Of a stretch of DNA of 30,320 bases, positions 16,328 through 24,421 are shown piece after piece (position 1 is the stretch's first letter; each line of letters opens with the position of its first letter). Where the stretch lies: the NCBI GenBank assembly GCA_043779245.1, contig JAYWEN010000199.1, positions 1 through 30,320 of the forward strand, written 5' to 3'. The notes under the pieces are model-generated. The model made no database searches. It was not told where the DNA came from and saw only the letters and a program-made list of their open reading frames with translations. Source of the stretch: Elusimicrobiota bacterium (GTDB lineage Bacteria > Elusimicrobiota > Elusimicrobia > 2-01-FULL-59-12). Position numbers and translations under genes: made by a program.

Positions 16328-16509
16328 CCGACAAACTTGAACAGCTAGCAAATTTACACGCTGAAAAATATGAAACCAATCGCATCAGTGCCTATAATTC
16401 TTTTATCGCTGGCTACAAAGCTCGCGATGAGGAGATTGAGGAGCTTAAAGATAGAGTTGATTGTTTGCGTGGAGAGCTTCGTGGCTTAAAATCTAAGGAG
16501 TCAAAATGA
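16324..16509 (+). CDS. Hypothetical protein (FIAGY motif plus coiled coil)
   Basis: ATGA overlap; motif typical of small phage early proteins. Confidence 0.6.
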   Translation: MTDKLEQLANLHAEKYETNRISAYNSFIAGYKARDEEIEELKDRVDCLRGELRGLKSKESK

Positions 16510-16820
16510 GCAAGATGAGTAGGGAGCTGGATTGCGAATTAGAAATGGCTGCACAGATTTATTTATCTCATCTAACCGTTGCGAGGCTTAGGGGTGAATT
16601 AAATTATGATAACTCGAGCCCTACGATAACATCATTCAAAGCTGGTGCCAAGTTTCAGGCTGAGAGAGATCGCGCAGACGTGGAGATACTTTTGGAAGCG
16701 TTAAATGAAATTTCTGTAGGTCAGGCGCATGAAAATACAAACACTTATCGCTATATTAAAACCGCAAGCGATGCGCTCAAAGCATACCAAGCTTCACGCG
16801 GCACCGGAGAGTCGAAATGA
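16506..16820 (+). CDS. Hypothetical protein
   Basis: ATGA overlap; FKAGA motif. Confidence 0.6.
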   Translation: MSKMSRELDCELEMAAQIYLSHLTVARLRGELNYDNSSPTITSFKAGAKFQAERDRADVEILLEALNEISVGQAHENTNTYRYIKTASDALKAYQASRGTGESK

Positions 16821-16883
16821 AATTATCCGCATATGATATAAATGTGAAATTATCCACATACGATATATTTTCACGCGGCACCG
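16793..16883 (+). repeat. 14-bp direct repeat enclosing a 27-bp-period tandem duplication
   Basis: TTCACGCGGCACCG at 16793-16806 and 16870-16883; TGAAATTATCC(G/A)CATA(T/C)GATATA at 16818-16840 and 16845-16867. Confidence 0.85.
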
Positions 16884-16938
16884 AGGGGGATACCCCATGC
16901 AAGGGGTAATTTCAATTTACCCTAAGAAAGGGATATTT

Positions 16939-17259
16939 ATGACAAACGAAAGAGCAAAAGATGCGCCAGGAACAAAGATTTATCAGCACAACGATGAAGA
17001 GCATATTTTTGAATGCGTAAGGCTTAGTTCATATGAAGAGCTTGAGGCGAAGCTCGAAGCTTTGCAGCTTACATTTGTAAAAGTGAACCACATGCTTGCC
17101 AAAAAAGATCAACAGCTTGCCATTGCAGTTGAGGCTTTGAAAAAAATTAAAGGCGATGGGCACAGTTCAGACTGTGAAATTATGAAGCCTTATAGACCAA
17201 ATTATCGATGCGCATTTGAAGAGGCTGACGAAGCTCTTCAGAAACTTGGTGTTGATTGA
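16939..17259 (+). CDS. Hypothetical protein with coiled coil (LAIAVEALKKI)
   Basis: Start moved to ATG 16939, which has the same GGATATTTATGAC context as the 16324 start. Confidence 0.6.
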   Translation: MTNERAKDAPGTKIYQHNDEEHIFECVRLSSYEELEAKLEALQLTFVKVNHMLAKKDQQLAIAVEALKKIKGDGHSSDCEIMKPYRPNYRCAFEEADEALQKLGVD

Positions 17260-17834
17260 AATGGAAAAGAGATCACCAGAAGCTATCGAACGAAGACGAA
17301 TCGCTGAGCGAGAGCGATACCGACGAAGATACCAAGATCCGGCCTTCAGAGCGGCCGAACTGGAAAGAGGAAAGGCTAAATACGCTAAGAACATTGCTCG
17401 CGAAAAGAAGAGATCGAGAGAATACTACCATGCAAACAAAGATCGAGAAAACAAACAGCGAGCCGAGTGGCGAGCTAAACACAAGGAGAGAGCTAGAGAT
17501 TATGCAAGAAAATATTACGCAGCAAATAGAGGAAGAGTCATTGAGCTCGTCAGGCAGTACAAGATTAGAAACGATCCATCCCACGGCCTCTTTGCTGCCG
17601 TCACTGGATTTGAGCGAGGAGATCTTTCATTCGAGCAATTTGTTGAGATCTACGGCGAGAGAATTGCACTCCTTGATGATCTCTTTAAACCCGAAGCCTG
17701 AGAATCGGGATACGGCCGTCAGGTTGTTGGACCCCGATAGGGTTCGCGCCTCTGCGGAGTGCGGGAAGCAGATCATCGCCACGATGAGAATGCAGCTCGA
17801 CATCCTCAAGTTTCAGAAGGAAATAAAGAAGTGA
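17256..17834 (+). CDS. Hypothetical protein overprinted on the preceding ORF (alternative start 17502)
   Basis: TTG in a TTGA overlap at 17256, or ATG 17502 with AAGGAG upstream; stop overlaps the GTG of the next gene; helical C-terminus. Confidence 0.55.
   Translation: MKWKRDHQKLSNEDESLSESDTDEDTKIRPSERPNWKEERLNTLRTLLAKRRDRENTTMQTKIEKTNSEPSGELNTRRELEIMQENITQQIEEESLSSSGSTRLETIHPTASLLPSLDLSEEIFHSSNLLRSTARELHSLMISLNPKPENRDTAVRLLDPDRVRASAECGKQIIATMRMQLDILKFQKEIKK
17261..17701 (+). CDS. Arg/Lys/Glu/Tyr-rich helical-repeat protein
   Basis: REYYHANKDRENKQRAEWRAKHKERARDYARKYYAAN-type repeats, seen as linker arms of phage HNH/endonuclease-VII-like proteins; no catalytic motif here. Confidence 0.55.
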   Translation: MEKRSPEAIERRRIAERERYRRRYQDPAFRAAELERGKAKYAKNIAREKKRSREYYHANKDRENKQRAEWRAKHKERARDYARKYYAANRGRVIELVRQYKIRNDPSHGLFAAVTGFERGDLSFEQFVEIYGERIALLDDLFKPEA

Positions 17835-17995
17835 GCGACATCAGGATTATCCTCTTCATTCTGTCGACGATAACCTTTGGACTGACCGAGTACATCGGCT
17901 ATTCCCTTGGCTGTAGCTTGTGGCGGGGGATAATTCTCTACGCGCTCAGCCTTTTTTTTATTGTAATCGTTTGGATCTTGTCTGAAGGTTTATAG
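17831..17995 (+). CDS. Small two-TM membrane protein
   Basis: GTG at 17831: MSDIRIILFILSTITFGL...GIILYALSLFFIVIVWILSEGL. Confidence 0.55.
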   Translation: MSDIRIILFILSTITFGLTEYIGYSLGCSLWRGIILYALSLFFIVIVWILSEGL

Positions 17996-18190
17996 ATGCA
18001 AGAGAAAATAAAGCGAAAGTTCGGCGACCTCGACGACCTTAAGACCGACAACTACCGACGTCAGATTGGCTTGACAGAGATTCAAAGAGGCGAAAGACTC
18101 TGCATGAATTGCAACCAAAAATTTCTGTCTTTCGACCTCAGGTCAAATCGAATGTGCGACGCCTGCAGGAGCCGACTTAAAGACGACTAG
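17996..18190 (+). CDS. Zinc-finger protein
   Basis: RLCMNCNQKFLS...NRMCDAC. Confidence 0.65.
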   Translation: MQEKIKRKFGDLDDLKTDNYRRQIGLTEIQRGERLCMNCNQKFLSFDLRSNRMCDACRSRLKDD

Positions 18191-18197
18191 GGGTAAC

Positions 18198-18638
18198 ATG
18201 AAGGAAGATTTCGCGTTTCAAAAGACAAAAACCCAGCAGTCCTACAACAAGCAGCCCGCGAGCGTACAGACCCAGCTCCTCGCCCAAGCCGCAGCCGGAT
18301 CTCAGCTCATCAGCGACATCGAATTCATCGCGATCAAGGACATCATCGGCCTGACCTATCCGGACGTCGTCTTAAAGGTTAATCAGATTTTCAAGGAAAG
18401 GACCGTCAGAAACCTTCCCCCGCTTTACGCGCGAGAGGTTCAGGGCGAGATTATCTGGACGACCGAATCAGAGGACCCGTATCTCTTCAAGGGGTTTCTT
18501 TACCACGTAGAACAATCGCAGCCGCCAATGACGAAGGTTCGACTCGAGGAGATCATAGAGCACTTGGAATTGGGTGGGAGCCACACGAAGACGCTGGAGC
18601 TTGCCGATCGACTCCGCAAGGTCGGCGTAGAGGCCTAG
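18198..18638 (+). CDS. Hypothetical protein, last gene of the rightward block
   Basis: GGGG SD; 146 aa. Confidence 0.65.
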   Translation: MKEDFAFQKTKTQQSYNKQPASVQTQLLAQAAAGSQLISDIEFIAIKDIIGLTYPDVVLKVNQIFKERTVRNLPPLYAREVQGEIIWTTESEDPYLFKGFLYHVEQSQPPMTKVRLEEIIEHLELGGSHTKTLELADRLRKVGVEA

Positions 18639-18649
18639 TTTCTATCGAG

Positions 18650-18807
18650 GATGGCGCGGGCTGAGCGCAAAGTCTCGGCCCCTATCTTAGCTTAAAAAGA
18701 CAATTTAAAGAGAAACCAGACTGTTCTCGGCTCAAGTTTCGGGATAAACTGACCGAAGCCTAAGCCTGTTTTTCTCCATTTGTTTGCCCGATCGCACCTG
18801 GGTCGGG
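18650..18807. terminator. Hairpin cluster at the convergent junction
   Basis: GGGCTGAG/CTCGGCCC stem (18658-18681, extendable to 18650-18686); TCGG..AGTTT/AAACT..CCGA (18727-18756); CCCGA/TCGGG (18787-18807). U-tracts are weak. Confidence 0.45.
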
Positions 18808-18811
18808 ATTT

Positions 18812-19156
18812 TTAATCCCTCAAAATCACCGTAAGTGCCCGATAATAACGCACCGTAAAGGGCGCCCCACCAATCGTGAACGTCACGTCGATGTCCTGCT
18901 CCTCGTCTGGGTTCAAGAGAACAGAAATTAAAGAAGTAATTTGAACGGTGAATTTACCTAAAAGAGGACTTCCCAAGATTGAGACCTGGGCAAGGGAGAG
19001 CAAGAAGGTTTGCGTGAGGCCCGAGGCAAGGGGAAGGGTCACGGCGATTTCCGTACAGGTCGAGAGGTCCAAGGGATCTTGGGAGTCCTGATATTTTGCC
19101 GCTAGAGTTAAGAGCTTTGAATCCCCAGTAAAAATGACGAAGGCGTTCGTTTTCAT
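18812..19156 (-). CDS. BppU-N-like beta-sandwich virion protein
   Basis: IFTGDSKLLTL...PLDLSTCTEIAVTL...GKFTVQIT...DIDVTFTI...LTV pattern. Confidence 0.5.
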   Translation of the reverse strand: MKTNAFVIFTGDSKLLTLAAKYQDSQDPLDLSTCTEIAVTLPLASGLTQTFLLSLAQVSILGSPLLGKFTVQITSLISVLLNPDEEQDIDVTFTIGGAPFTVRYYRALTVILRD

Positions 19157-19164
19157 ATGTTCCC

Positions 19165-19617
19165 TTATATTACTTGGTTGAGTTCAACATAGCCGATAAC
19201 TTCTAAAGTCGGAACGACGTAGCCGATAATTGTTGGGTCGTATACGAATCCGCATACAGGTTCGTTTGTGATTAAAACTCCCGAGAGGTTTATCGTTGGG
19301 ACAATGTATCCCTCGATGGGAACTGGTGCCGGATTCTCGTCCGTGGCCAAATCCGTGAACTTTACCTTGACCGGAGTTTTCATATTTTCCGAGGGCGAGA
19401 TGACGTTGATCACCCAGTCCCCGGTTGGGTCAGAGACCGAGGTTAACAAATCAAAATAATACAGCCCACGAAACCGAATCGACGCAAACTCAACTAAAGG
19501 AAACGGTCCCGCGACCGCTCCGTTTGGCTTGTTTGCATAGGCTACGACGTCGAGCAGTCCCGAAAGACCGTTCTTAGAAGAGTAGACTATCCGCTCAGGA
19601 ATCGTGAGAACTGCCAT
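19165..19617 (-). CDS. Ig-like-fold putative virion protein
   Basis: IVYSSKNGLSGLLDVVAY...LVEF...GLYYFD module shared with neighbouring genes. Confidence 0.55.
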   Translation of the reverse strand: MAVLTIPERIVYSSKNGLSGLLDVVAYANKPNGAVAGPFPLVEFASIRFRGLYYFDLLTSVSDPTGDWVINVISPSENMKTPVKVKFTDLATDENPAPVPIEGYIVPTINLSGVLITNEPVCGFVYDPTIIGYVVPTLEVIGYVELNQVI

Positions 19618-20717
19618 TAAATCGCTCTGCCTCCGCTAAATACGTTTGCGCTTATGTAGGCCGAGATCGCGTGCAAAGAATCCGTCGCAGTCGCAAAGCC
19701 AGCGCCCTCAACATTGTTAACGATCTCTGCTTGGATGGCAACTGTCTGTGCCTTAATTGCAGAGAGTCCGATCGTAGCATCACCGAGCTTGTCGGTCTGA
19801 GTCTTGATTAAACCTTGAAGAGTGTTCGCCGCAGACAATCCGTAGGTCGCATTGTTTAGGAGCGCATCGGCATCATTAACGGTTGTTTGAACAGAAAGCA
19901 AAGTTGTTTGGAGGGCGAAACCGTCAGCTTGAACATCTGAAATAATTTCTGAGACTGCTTTTCTTGCTGTCGCTGCGCCAGCAATCGCATAAGCAAAGCT
20001 AAAAATTAATTCTTCTTGGGACGCCGTTGATGGAATTCCTAAGTCAATGTGGTATTGACCGAGAGAGTCTCTTACGGCTGGAGCACTCGTACCCGAGACT
20101 CCTGTCAAATAAGAACTTCGATCCGCACCGGCTTGGTTTACTAAGGTGACTACAATTGAACTTGTGTCTGGATCTATTAAAAGATTTTTTTCGTTGTAGA
20201 TCGTGATCGGCAATCGATAAGTATTCGAACCCGCAGAAGGCTTAATCAGCGTCGCGGGAACCGGCAGCGAGAATCCTGCGTTGTTTTGAATCGCTTGAAC
20301 CGCACTTAAGATCGTAGCTAAGCTAGAGGCACCGCTCTCGAGATCCGTTTTGATCGCAGAGGTATCGGATTTAATTGCCGCAATGTTTGTGTCTTGCGTG
20401 ACCAAGTGAGCGTCGAGATCGTCGGTCGAAAAAGCCGTAGCTGTGAATCGTATTCCAGAGGGAGCACTCTTGGTTGCCGAATCAATTTTAATCTCGATAT
20501 CGTCGCCAGCCACCGCGCCGTAACCCGCAAGCGTAGCTCCGGAAATTGTCAGCGTGTACTCTCCAGCCGAGTTTGTGGCGTCAAGCTCTGCCAAAACAAT
20601 TGCTGAAACGCCCACGGCTTTCGCAACTGAGTTGACGTAGACCTGAGCTTTTACATCGGTGAGTCCGGTGGTGTTATTCTTCGCCTGATACAATACCTTA
20701 ATTGGTTTCAATGCCAT
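19617..20717 (-). CDS. Putative whisker/fibre-like virion protein (two beta domains plus two coiled coils)
   Basis: N-domain VLYQAKNNTTGLTDVKAQ...LAEL...GEYTL; heptad segments; second domain with GQYHIDL; C-terminal FATATDSLHAI. Confidence 0.55.
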   Translation of the reverse strand: MALKPIKVLYQAKNNTTGLTDVKAQVYVNSVAKAVGVSAIVLAELDATNSAGEYTLTISGATLAGYGAVAGDDIEIKIDSATKSAPSGIRFTATAFSTDDLDAHLVTQDTNIAAIKSDTSAIKTDLESGASSLATILSAVQAIQNNAGFSLPVPATLIKPSAGSNTYRLPITIYNEKNLLIDPDTSSIVVTLVNQAGADRSSYLTGVSGTSAPAVRDSLGQYHIDLGIPSTASQEELIFSFAYAIAGAATARKAVSEIISDVQADGFALQTTLLSVQTTVNDADALLNNATYGLSAANTLQGLIKTQTDKLGDATIGLSAIKAQTVAIQAEIVNNVEGAGFATATDSLHAISAYISANVFSGGRAI

Positions 20718-20732
20718 TCGTTTCTTCCTTTT

Positions 20733-21038
20733 TTAGTTCGCTCTTCCAGCGAGTGATTCTTCTTTGTCTAGCGATTCATCTATCGTGAAATTTTCGATGT
20801 AGCTTGAGGCTCCAACGACATAAATCGCGGAGCATTCTGTGAAGCTTACCTGACCGTGGCTCCAGGAATAACTGTAAACCCCCGGAGTCACTTCGGTCAT
20901 CGCAGTCGTCGAAAGGAGCGCCACGCCAGTCAGGACGTTGACGACCCGAACCGTGACGGTGAGTCCGGTGACTATCGCGCCTCCGCGAACTCTCATGAAG
21001 GCTAAGGGTACTGGGTCGACCGTTTTATAAAGAGGCAT
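20733..21038 (-). CDS. Ig-like-fold putative virion protein
   Basis: IVTGLTVTVRV...MTEVTPGVYSYSW module. Confidence 0.55.
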   Translation of the reverse strand: MPLYKTVDPVPLAFMRVRGGAIVTGLTVTVRVVNVLTGVALLSTTAMTEVTPGVYSYSWSHGQVSFTECSAIYVVGASSYIENFTIDESLDKEESLAGRAN

Positions 21039-21525
21039 TTTTCACCCATGACCTCAAGTAGTGGTAGAGGTCCTCCGGAGAAATCATCGACAAGTCCAAA
21101 TCAATCTTCTCGGTCGTAAGCGTCTCCAATGAGTAGGCGATCTGCTCGCAGAGGTAAGACTCTGAGCCAGACCAGGGATTCTTAATTGGAAGCGGCCTTC
21201 GGAAAAACTTGTAGAGGAAGGCCCTGAAGCAGAAGTAAAAAAAGGCCTTGTAGTTGTAGGCGTGTCCGTCGAATTGATCGACGATCATGTCCCACACCTT
21301 GTTCTCTTGCTCGGTAGTGATATTCAAGTTTATCACGTGAACGACTTCCATGTGCTTTAATGCGGTCTTTAAGAACTTCGGATGAGTTCCGACAAGATTG
21401 GACTCGAACATCAATCCACCGTCTTGGGATTTAAACACCAGGGCGAAGTGAGAGCAGTCGGAGTTCAGAAACCATCTGATCAAAACGCTCAAGGGAAGTT
21501 TGCTCTTGGTCCAAATTAATTTCAT
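21025..21525 (-). CDS. Permuted papain-like NlpC/P60 (YaeF/YiiX-like) hydrolase
   Basis: LSVLIRWF...CSHFALV (catalytic His first), YNYKAFF, YLCEQIA (catalytic Cys late), ISPEDL. Confidence 0.8.
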   Translation of the reverse strand: MKLIWTKSKLPLSVLIRWFLNSDCSHFALVFKSQDGGLMFESNLVGTHPKFLKTALKHMEVVHVINLNITTEQENKVWDMIVDQFDGHAYNYKAFFYFCFRAFLYKFFRRPLPIKNPWSGSESYLCEQIAYSLETLTTEKIDLDLSMISPEDLYHYLRSWVKNASL

Positions 21526-21526
21526 T

Positions 21527-22327
21527 TTACTGCCTATAGTGTTCGACTGTGATCATGAGATTTTCTTGAACCCCAGCGTTGTGCCAGAATAAAAATCTCA
21601 ATTTGTTTGTGTGATTTGTGGCGCTATAAGAAAGCAATTTCGAAACTCTGCCGTCGACCGAAAACATATTGCCAGGATTTAAGTATTTTAAATTTAAACC
21701 CTCAGCCATCACTTTTGATCCGCCGTAAGAGGCTGGGATCGTTGGCACTGCGATAATAAAAAATCTTACGTCTGATGTAAGCTGCGGCGTGATTCTCATC
21801 TCTCCACCGATTAATTCGTAATCATAAGGAGGCTCGAAATCGACTTGGGTTCTAACGGCGTTACCGACCAGGCTTGGATCTGTGATCTCAACGCCACCCA
21901 CATCAAAAAGATGAATCGTGATCCATGATTTTGAGGTGCCGTCATAATTTAAAGCGACAATACTTGCTAGCTTTGAAGTCAAAAACTCAAACGCAGTCGC
22001 AGCATAAGTCCATCCGGATTTCGCAGCTTTTTGTCTGACGACTAGAGCTTTGTCGACGTCATATTGATTTAAGGGTGCGCCAGTTTGATCAGTTGTCGTT
22101 GTGGCTTGAACTTGATTTTGAACTAAAGGCACTCCGTTGTGAGCCGCGACCACAGCATCAACAAAAGAAAAATCTGATAGGTCTGCCAAAAACGTGATCG
22201 TCACTTGATCGCCAAAAATATTTGTTAAAGATAAGTCGAGAGCGACAGTGATGTTTGCGTTGTGCTGGATCTGAGAAATCAAACTGTCGAGTGCGCAAGG
22301 TGATTTTGTGTAGGTTTTTGAAATCAT
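21527..22327 (-). CDS. Hypothetical late/structural protein
   Basis: 266 aa, beta-rich, located in the late operon. Confidence 0.6.
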   Translation of the reverse strand: MISKTYTKSPCALDSLISQIQHNANITVALDLSLTNIFGDQVTITFLADLSDFSFVDAVVAAHNGVPLVQNQVQATTTTDQTGAPLNQYDVDKALVVRQKAAKSGWTYAATAFEFLTSKLASIVALNYDGTSKSWITIHLFDVGGVEITDPSLVGNAVRTQVDFEPPYDYELIGGEMRITPQLTSDVRFFIIAVPTIPASYGGSKVMAEGLNLKYLNPGNMFSVDGRVSKLLSYSATNHTNKLRFLFWHNAGVQENLMITVEHYRQ

Positions 22328-22328
22328 A

Positions 22329-22820
22329 TTATGGTCCCAACTTTATCAAGAGCATACTTCTTTGGTTGACTGTTTGAGAGCTGCCGTTCGGGTTAACGTA
22401 CATTTGGCAAGCCTGAGAGCCGTTAAATGAGGTGACTGTCAGAGTTGACAAAATAACAATGTGAGAGCCTGCCGGAGTGACGACGCTTCTTTTTGAATCC
22501 GCAATTAATGTCCCTCCTTTAAAAATCGAACAGTCCATTTGCTGACCGCTTCCGGTGCCTGTGCTCGATGCGTTTAACAAGATCGCGTAGGTGCCCGAAG
22601 CTGGCGTCACAGTAATGCCAGTCACAAACGTGTCGACGTTTGCCGTTGATGCAAAAGCAGTAGATGAAATAATGTTGTAATTTTGAATTCCCGAAGCTGC
22701 TGCGGCGGTCAAATAATCAATCACCGACTGAACGTCGCCAAAAGCTAAACCAGATACCGAGTTGTCATAGGGAACAGATGAAGCAACTTGATTGGATGGA
22801 AGCAAAGGGCTACCCATCAA
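22329..22820 (-). CDS. Putative fibre/decoration protein
   Basis: SSVPYDNSVSGLAFGDVQSVIDYL fibre-joint motif followed by a beta-sandwich. Confidence 0.55.
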   Translation of the reverse strand: MMGSPLLPSNQVASSVPYDNSVSGLAFGDVQSVIDYLTAAAASGIQNYNIISSTAFASTANVDTFVTGITVTPASGTYAILLNASSTGTGSGQQMDCSIFKGGTLIADSKRSVVTPAGSHIVILSTLTVTSFNGSQACQMYVNPNGSSQTVNQRSMLLIKLGP

Positions 22821-23701
22821 ACCCCCTCGATAAGTCTGACGTTCACTGTGCCTGCTGAAACTAAGTAAATAGGCACGTTGTCGGTTGCAGATATTGAGGC
22901 TTTTTCGTTTTTAAATATAGGCGTGCCATTTGATGTCGTCACACCCGCACCGCCGTAATACACAACGCCATCGACAGGCGCTATTGATAAAACCCCTCGA
23001 CCAACCAAACGAGCCGCTCCAACCTTTGCCTCAACCGCAGTTGTGCCCACAGACAGGTTGCCAAAGACAATCGAGCCATTTATCGCATCTCTTGTTGGCA
23101 AGGCGCCGTTTAAATAAGGCGTAACAGCGATGCCATTGATTTCGTTAATTGAGATCGGTGCGTTGTTAAGCTGAGTCGCGCTCGGGATTGTGCCGTAAGC
23201 TGTGTTGATGTTGAGAGTTGTCGTGGCGGCGGCACCTGTGTTTTTAAAACTTAAGTTAAAATAATTGCCGTTGACGACACCTGATCGAGCGAAAGCCTGG
23301 CCAGCGGTCAAATTAAAAATCGAACTTTGAACCGGCACTGTGTCTGTGGCGTTGATATATTGATTTAATTTTAAAGTGCCTGGTTGATCACACGCCAGCA
23401 AGATCGAATATGATTGTTGATTAAAAGCTGTTTCTAAAGGGCCCGTAAATGTCGCGTTAGATGCAAGCTGAGTTGTTGTGCTATTCACAGTGCTCGCAAC
23501 ATAGTTCGTGGCGCTTTGAGAGACCGCCAAATTAAACAGGCCAGCAGAATTGATAGAGCCAATCGCGTTGCCTGAGCCATCGAAGGTTTTTGAGTTTGTT
23601 GGCAAAGACGAGCCGCTCGGTGAGCCCTGCACCGTGAGCACACCGCCAACGGGAGTTCCCGGAGTCCCTAGGCCTTCAATTTGCGACATATCAATATACA
23701 C
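22817..23701 (-). CDS. Putative head-decoration/fibre protein
   Basis: Ser/Thr/Gly/Ala-rich; C-terminal VYYGGAGVTTSNGTPI...IYLVSAGTVNVRLIE module. Confidence 0.55.
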   Translation of the reverse strand: MYIDMSQIEGLGTPGTPVGGVLTVQGSPSGSSLPTNSKTFDGSGNAIGSINSAGLFNLAVSQSATNYVASTVNSTTTQLASNATFTGPLETAFNQQSYSILLACDQPGTLKLNQYINATDTVPVQSSIFNLTAGQAFARSGVVNGNYFNLSFKNTGAAATTTLNINTAYGTIPSATQLNNAPISINEINGIAVTPYLNGALPTRDAINGSIVFGNLSVGTTAVEAKVGAARLVGRGVLSIAPVDGVVYYGGAGVTTSNGTPIFKNEKASISATDNVPIYLVSAGTVNVRLIEGV

Positions 23702-23710
23702 GAATGGCCC

Positions 23711-23932
23711 CTAGGGTTTTGTTTGGCAGTAGATCATTATCTTTCGAAGCTTGGCGACGTCCTCCTCGTTCACGCAAGCGAGAACGGGGGACTGAGGAGT
23801 CTGCTTTATGAAGCTCCACTTTCCGTCGAAGGTCGTCGGCTGAGGAGCGAGGGCGCAGTTACTTAGAGAAAAGCTCATTAAGAGCAGAGGCATCTTGATT
23901 GAGAAAAGCCGAGTGTATTGTTTTAATATCAT
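23711..23932 (-). CDS. Lipoprotein, o-spanin (Rz1-like) candidate
   Basis: Hydrophobic stretch ending in lipobox LSNC, then Pro-rich APQP; overlaps the upstream gene in another frame; located in the lysis cassette. Confidence 0.65.
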   Translation of the reverse strand: MILKQYTRLFSIKMPLLLMSFSLSNCALAPQPTTFDGKWSFIKQTPQSPVLACVNEEDVAKLRKIMIYCQTKP

Positions 23933-24038
23933 CTCGAACCTTTCTCGCCTGATCTTCTTCTATCTTTTTTTCCATAAGAAGCTTCACAAGAGCCAGCAAC
24001 TCGGGAAGAGCCTTCATGAATTCCCAGAGAACTCTCAC
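23859..24038 (-). CDS. Small helical protein, i-spanin (Rz-like) candidate
   Basis: Not in the track; translated by hand as MRVLWEFMKALPELLALVKLLMEKKIEEDQARKVRDDIKTIHSAFLNQDASALNELFSK. GTGA overlap with the holin stop. Confidence 0.5.
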   Translation of the reverse strand: MRVLWEFMKALPELLALVKLLMEKKIEEDQARKVRDDIKTIHSAFLNQDASALNELFSK

Positions 24039-24421
24039 TTGGGGTCTTCTAGCTTCACCGTTGGTACGTCAATGTTTTGAACTGCTTGATCTAATAGTGA
24101 TGATATTTTATTTAAGCCGAGAGCGACAATACTAAAGAGTCCAGCTACGAAAATAAACCAAGACTTCGGCTTCACGGTTGGCCATACACGCATAGCAATC
24201 TCAGATAGAAGTCCAAGAATTGATGCGATCCATATTGGCAAGCTGCTGGGGATTTTTCCGACCACCTTGTTTGCCGAGTCCAATGTCTTCGCACCGACGG
24301 GAGCTGGAGTGCTCGCTACGCTAGGGACCGCGACCGCAACCGGGCTCGGAGCGATGTCTTGAGCGAAGGCCATGAAGTAGGAACCGAAACAGACCGCGAA
24401 GATTACGATTAAGCTTTTCAT
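24035..24421 (-). CDS. Holin/antiholin-like membrane protein with signal peptide
   Basis: MKSLIVIFAVCFGSYFMAFA signal-like segment, a Pro/Ala linker and two hydrophobic helices; directly after the endolysin. Confidence 0.55.
   Translation of the reverse strand: MKSLIVIFAVCFGSYFMAFAQDIAPSPVAVAVPSVASTPAPVGAKTLDSANKVVGKIPSSLPIWIASILGLLSEIAMRVWPTVKPKSWFIFVAGLFSIVALGLNKISSLLDQAVQNIDVPTVKLEDPK

Noticed and set aside
16793-16883. Mini CRISPR array
   Set aside because: Only two 14-bp copies around a 63-bp interval that is itself a tandem duplication; wrong repeat and spacer geometry; no cas genes.
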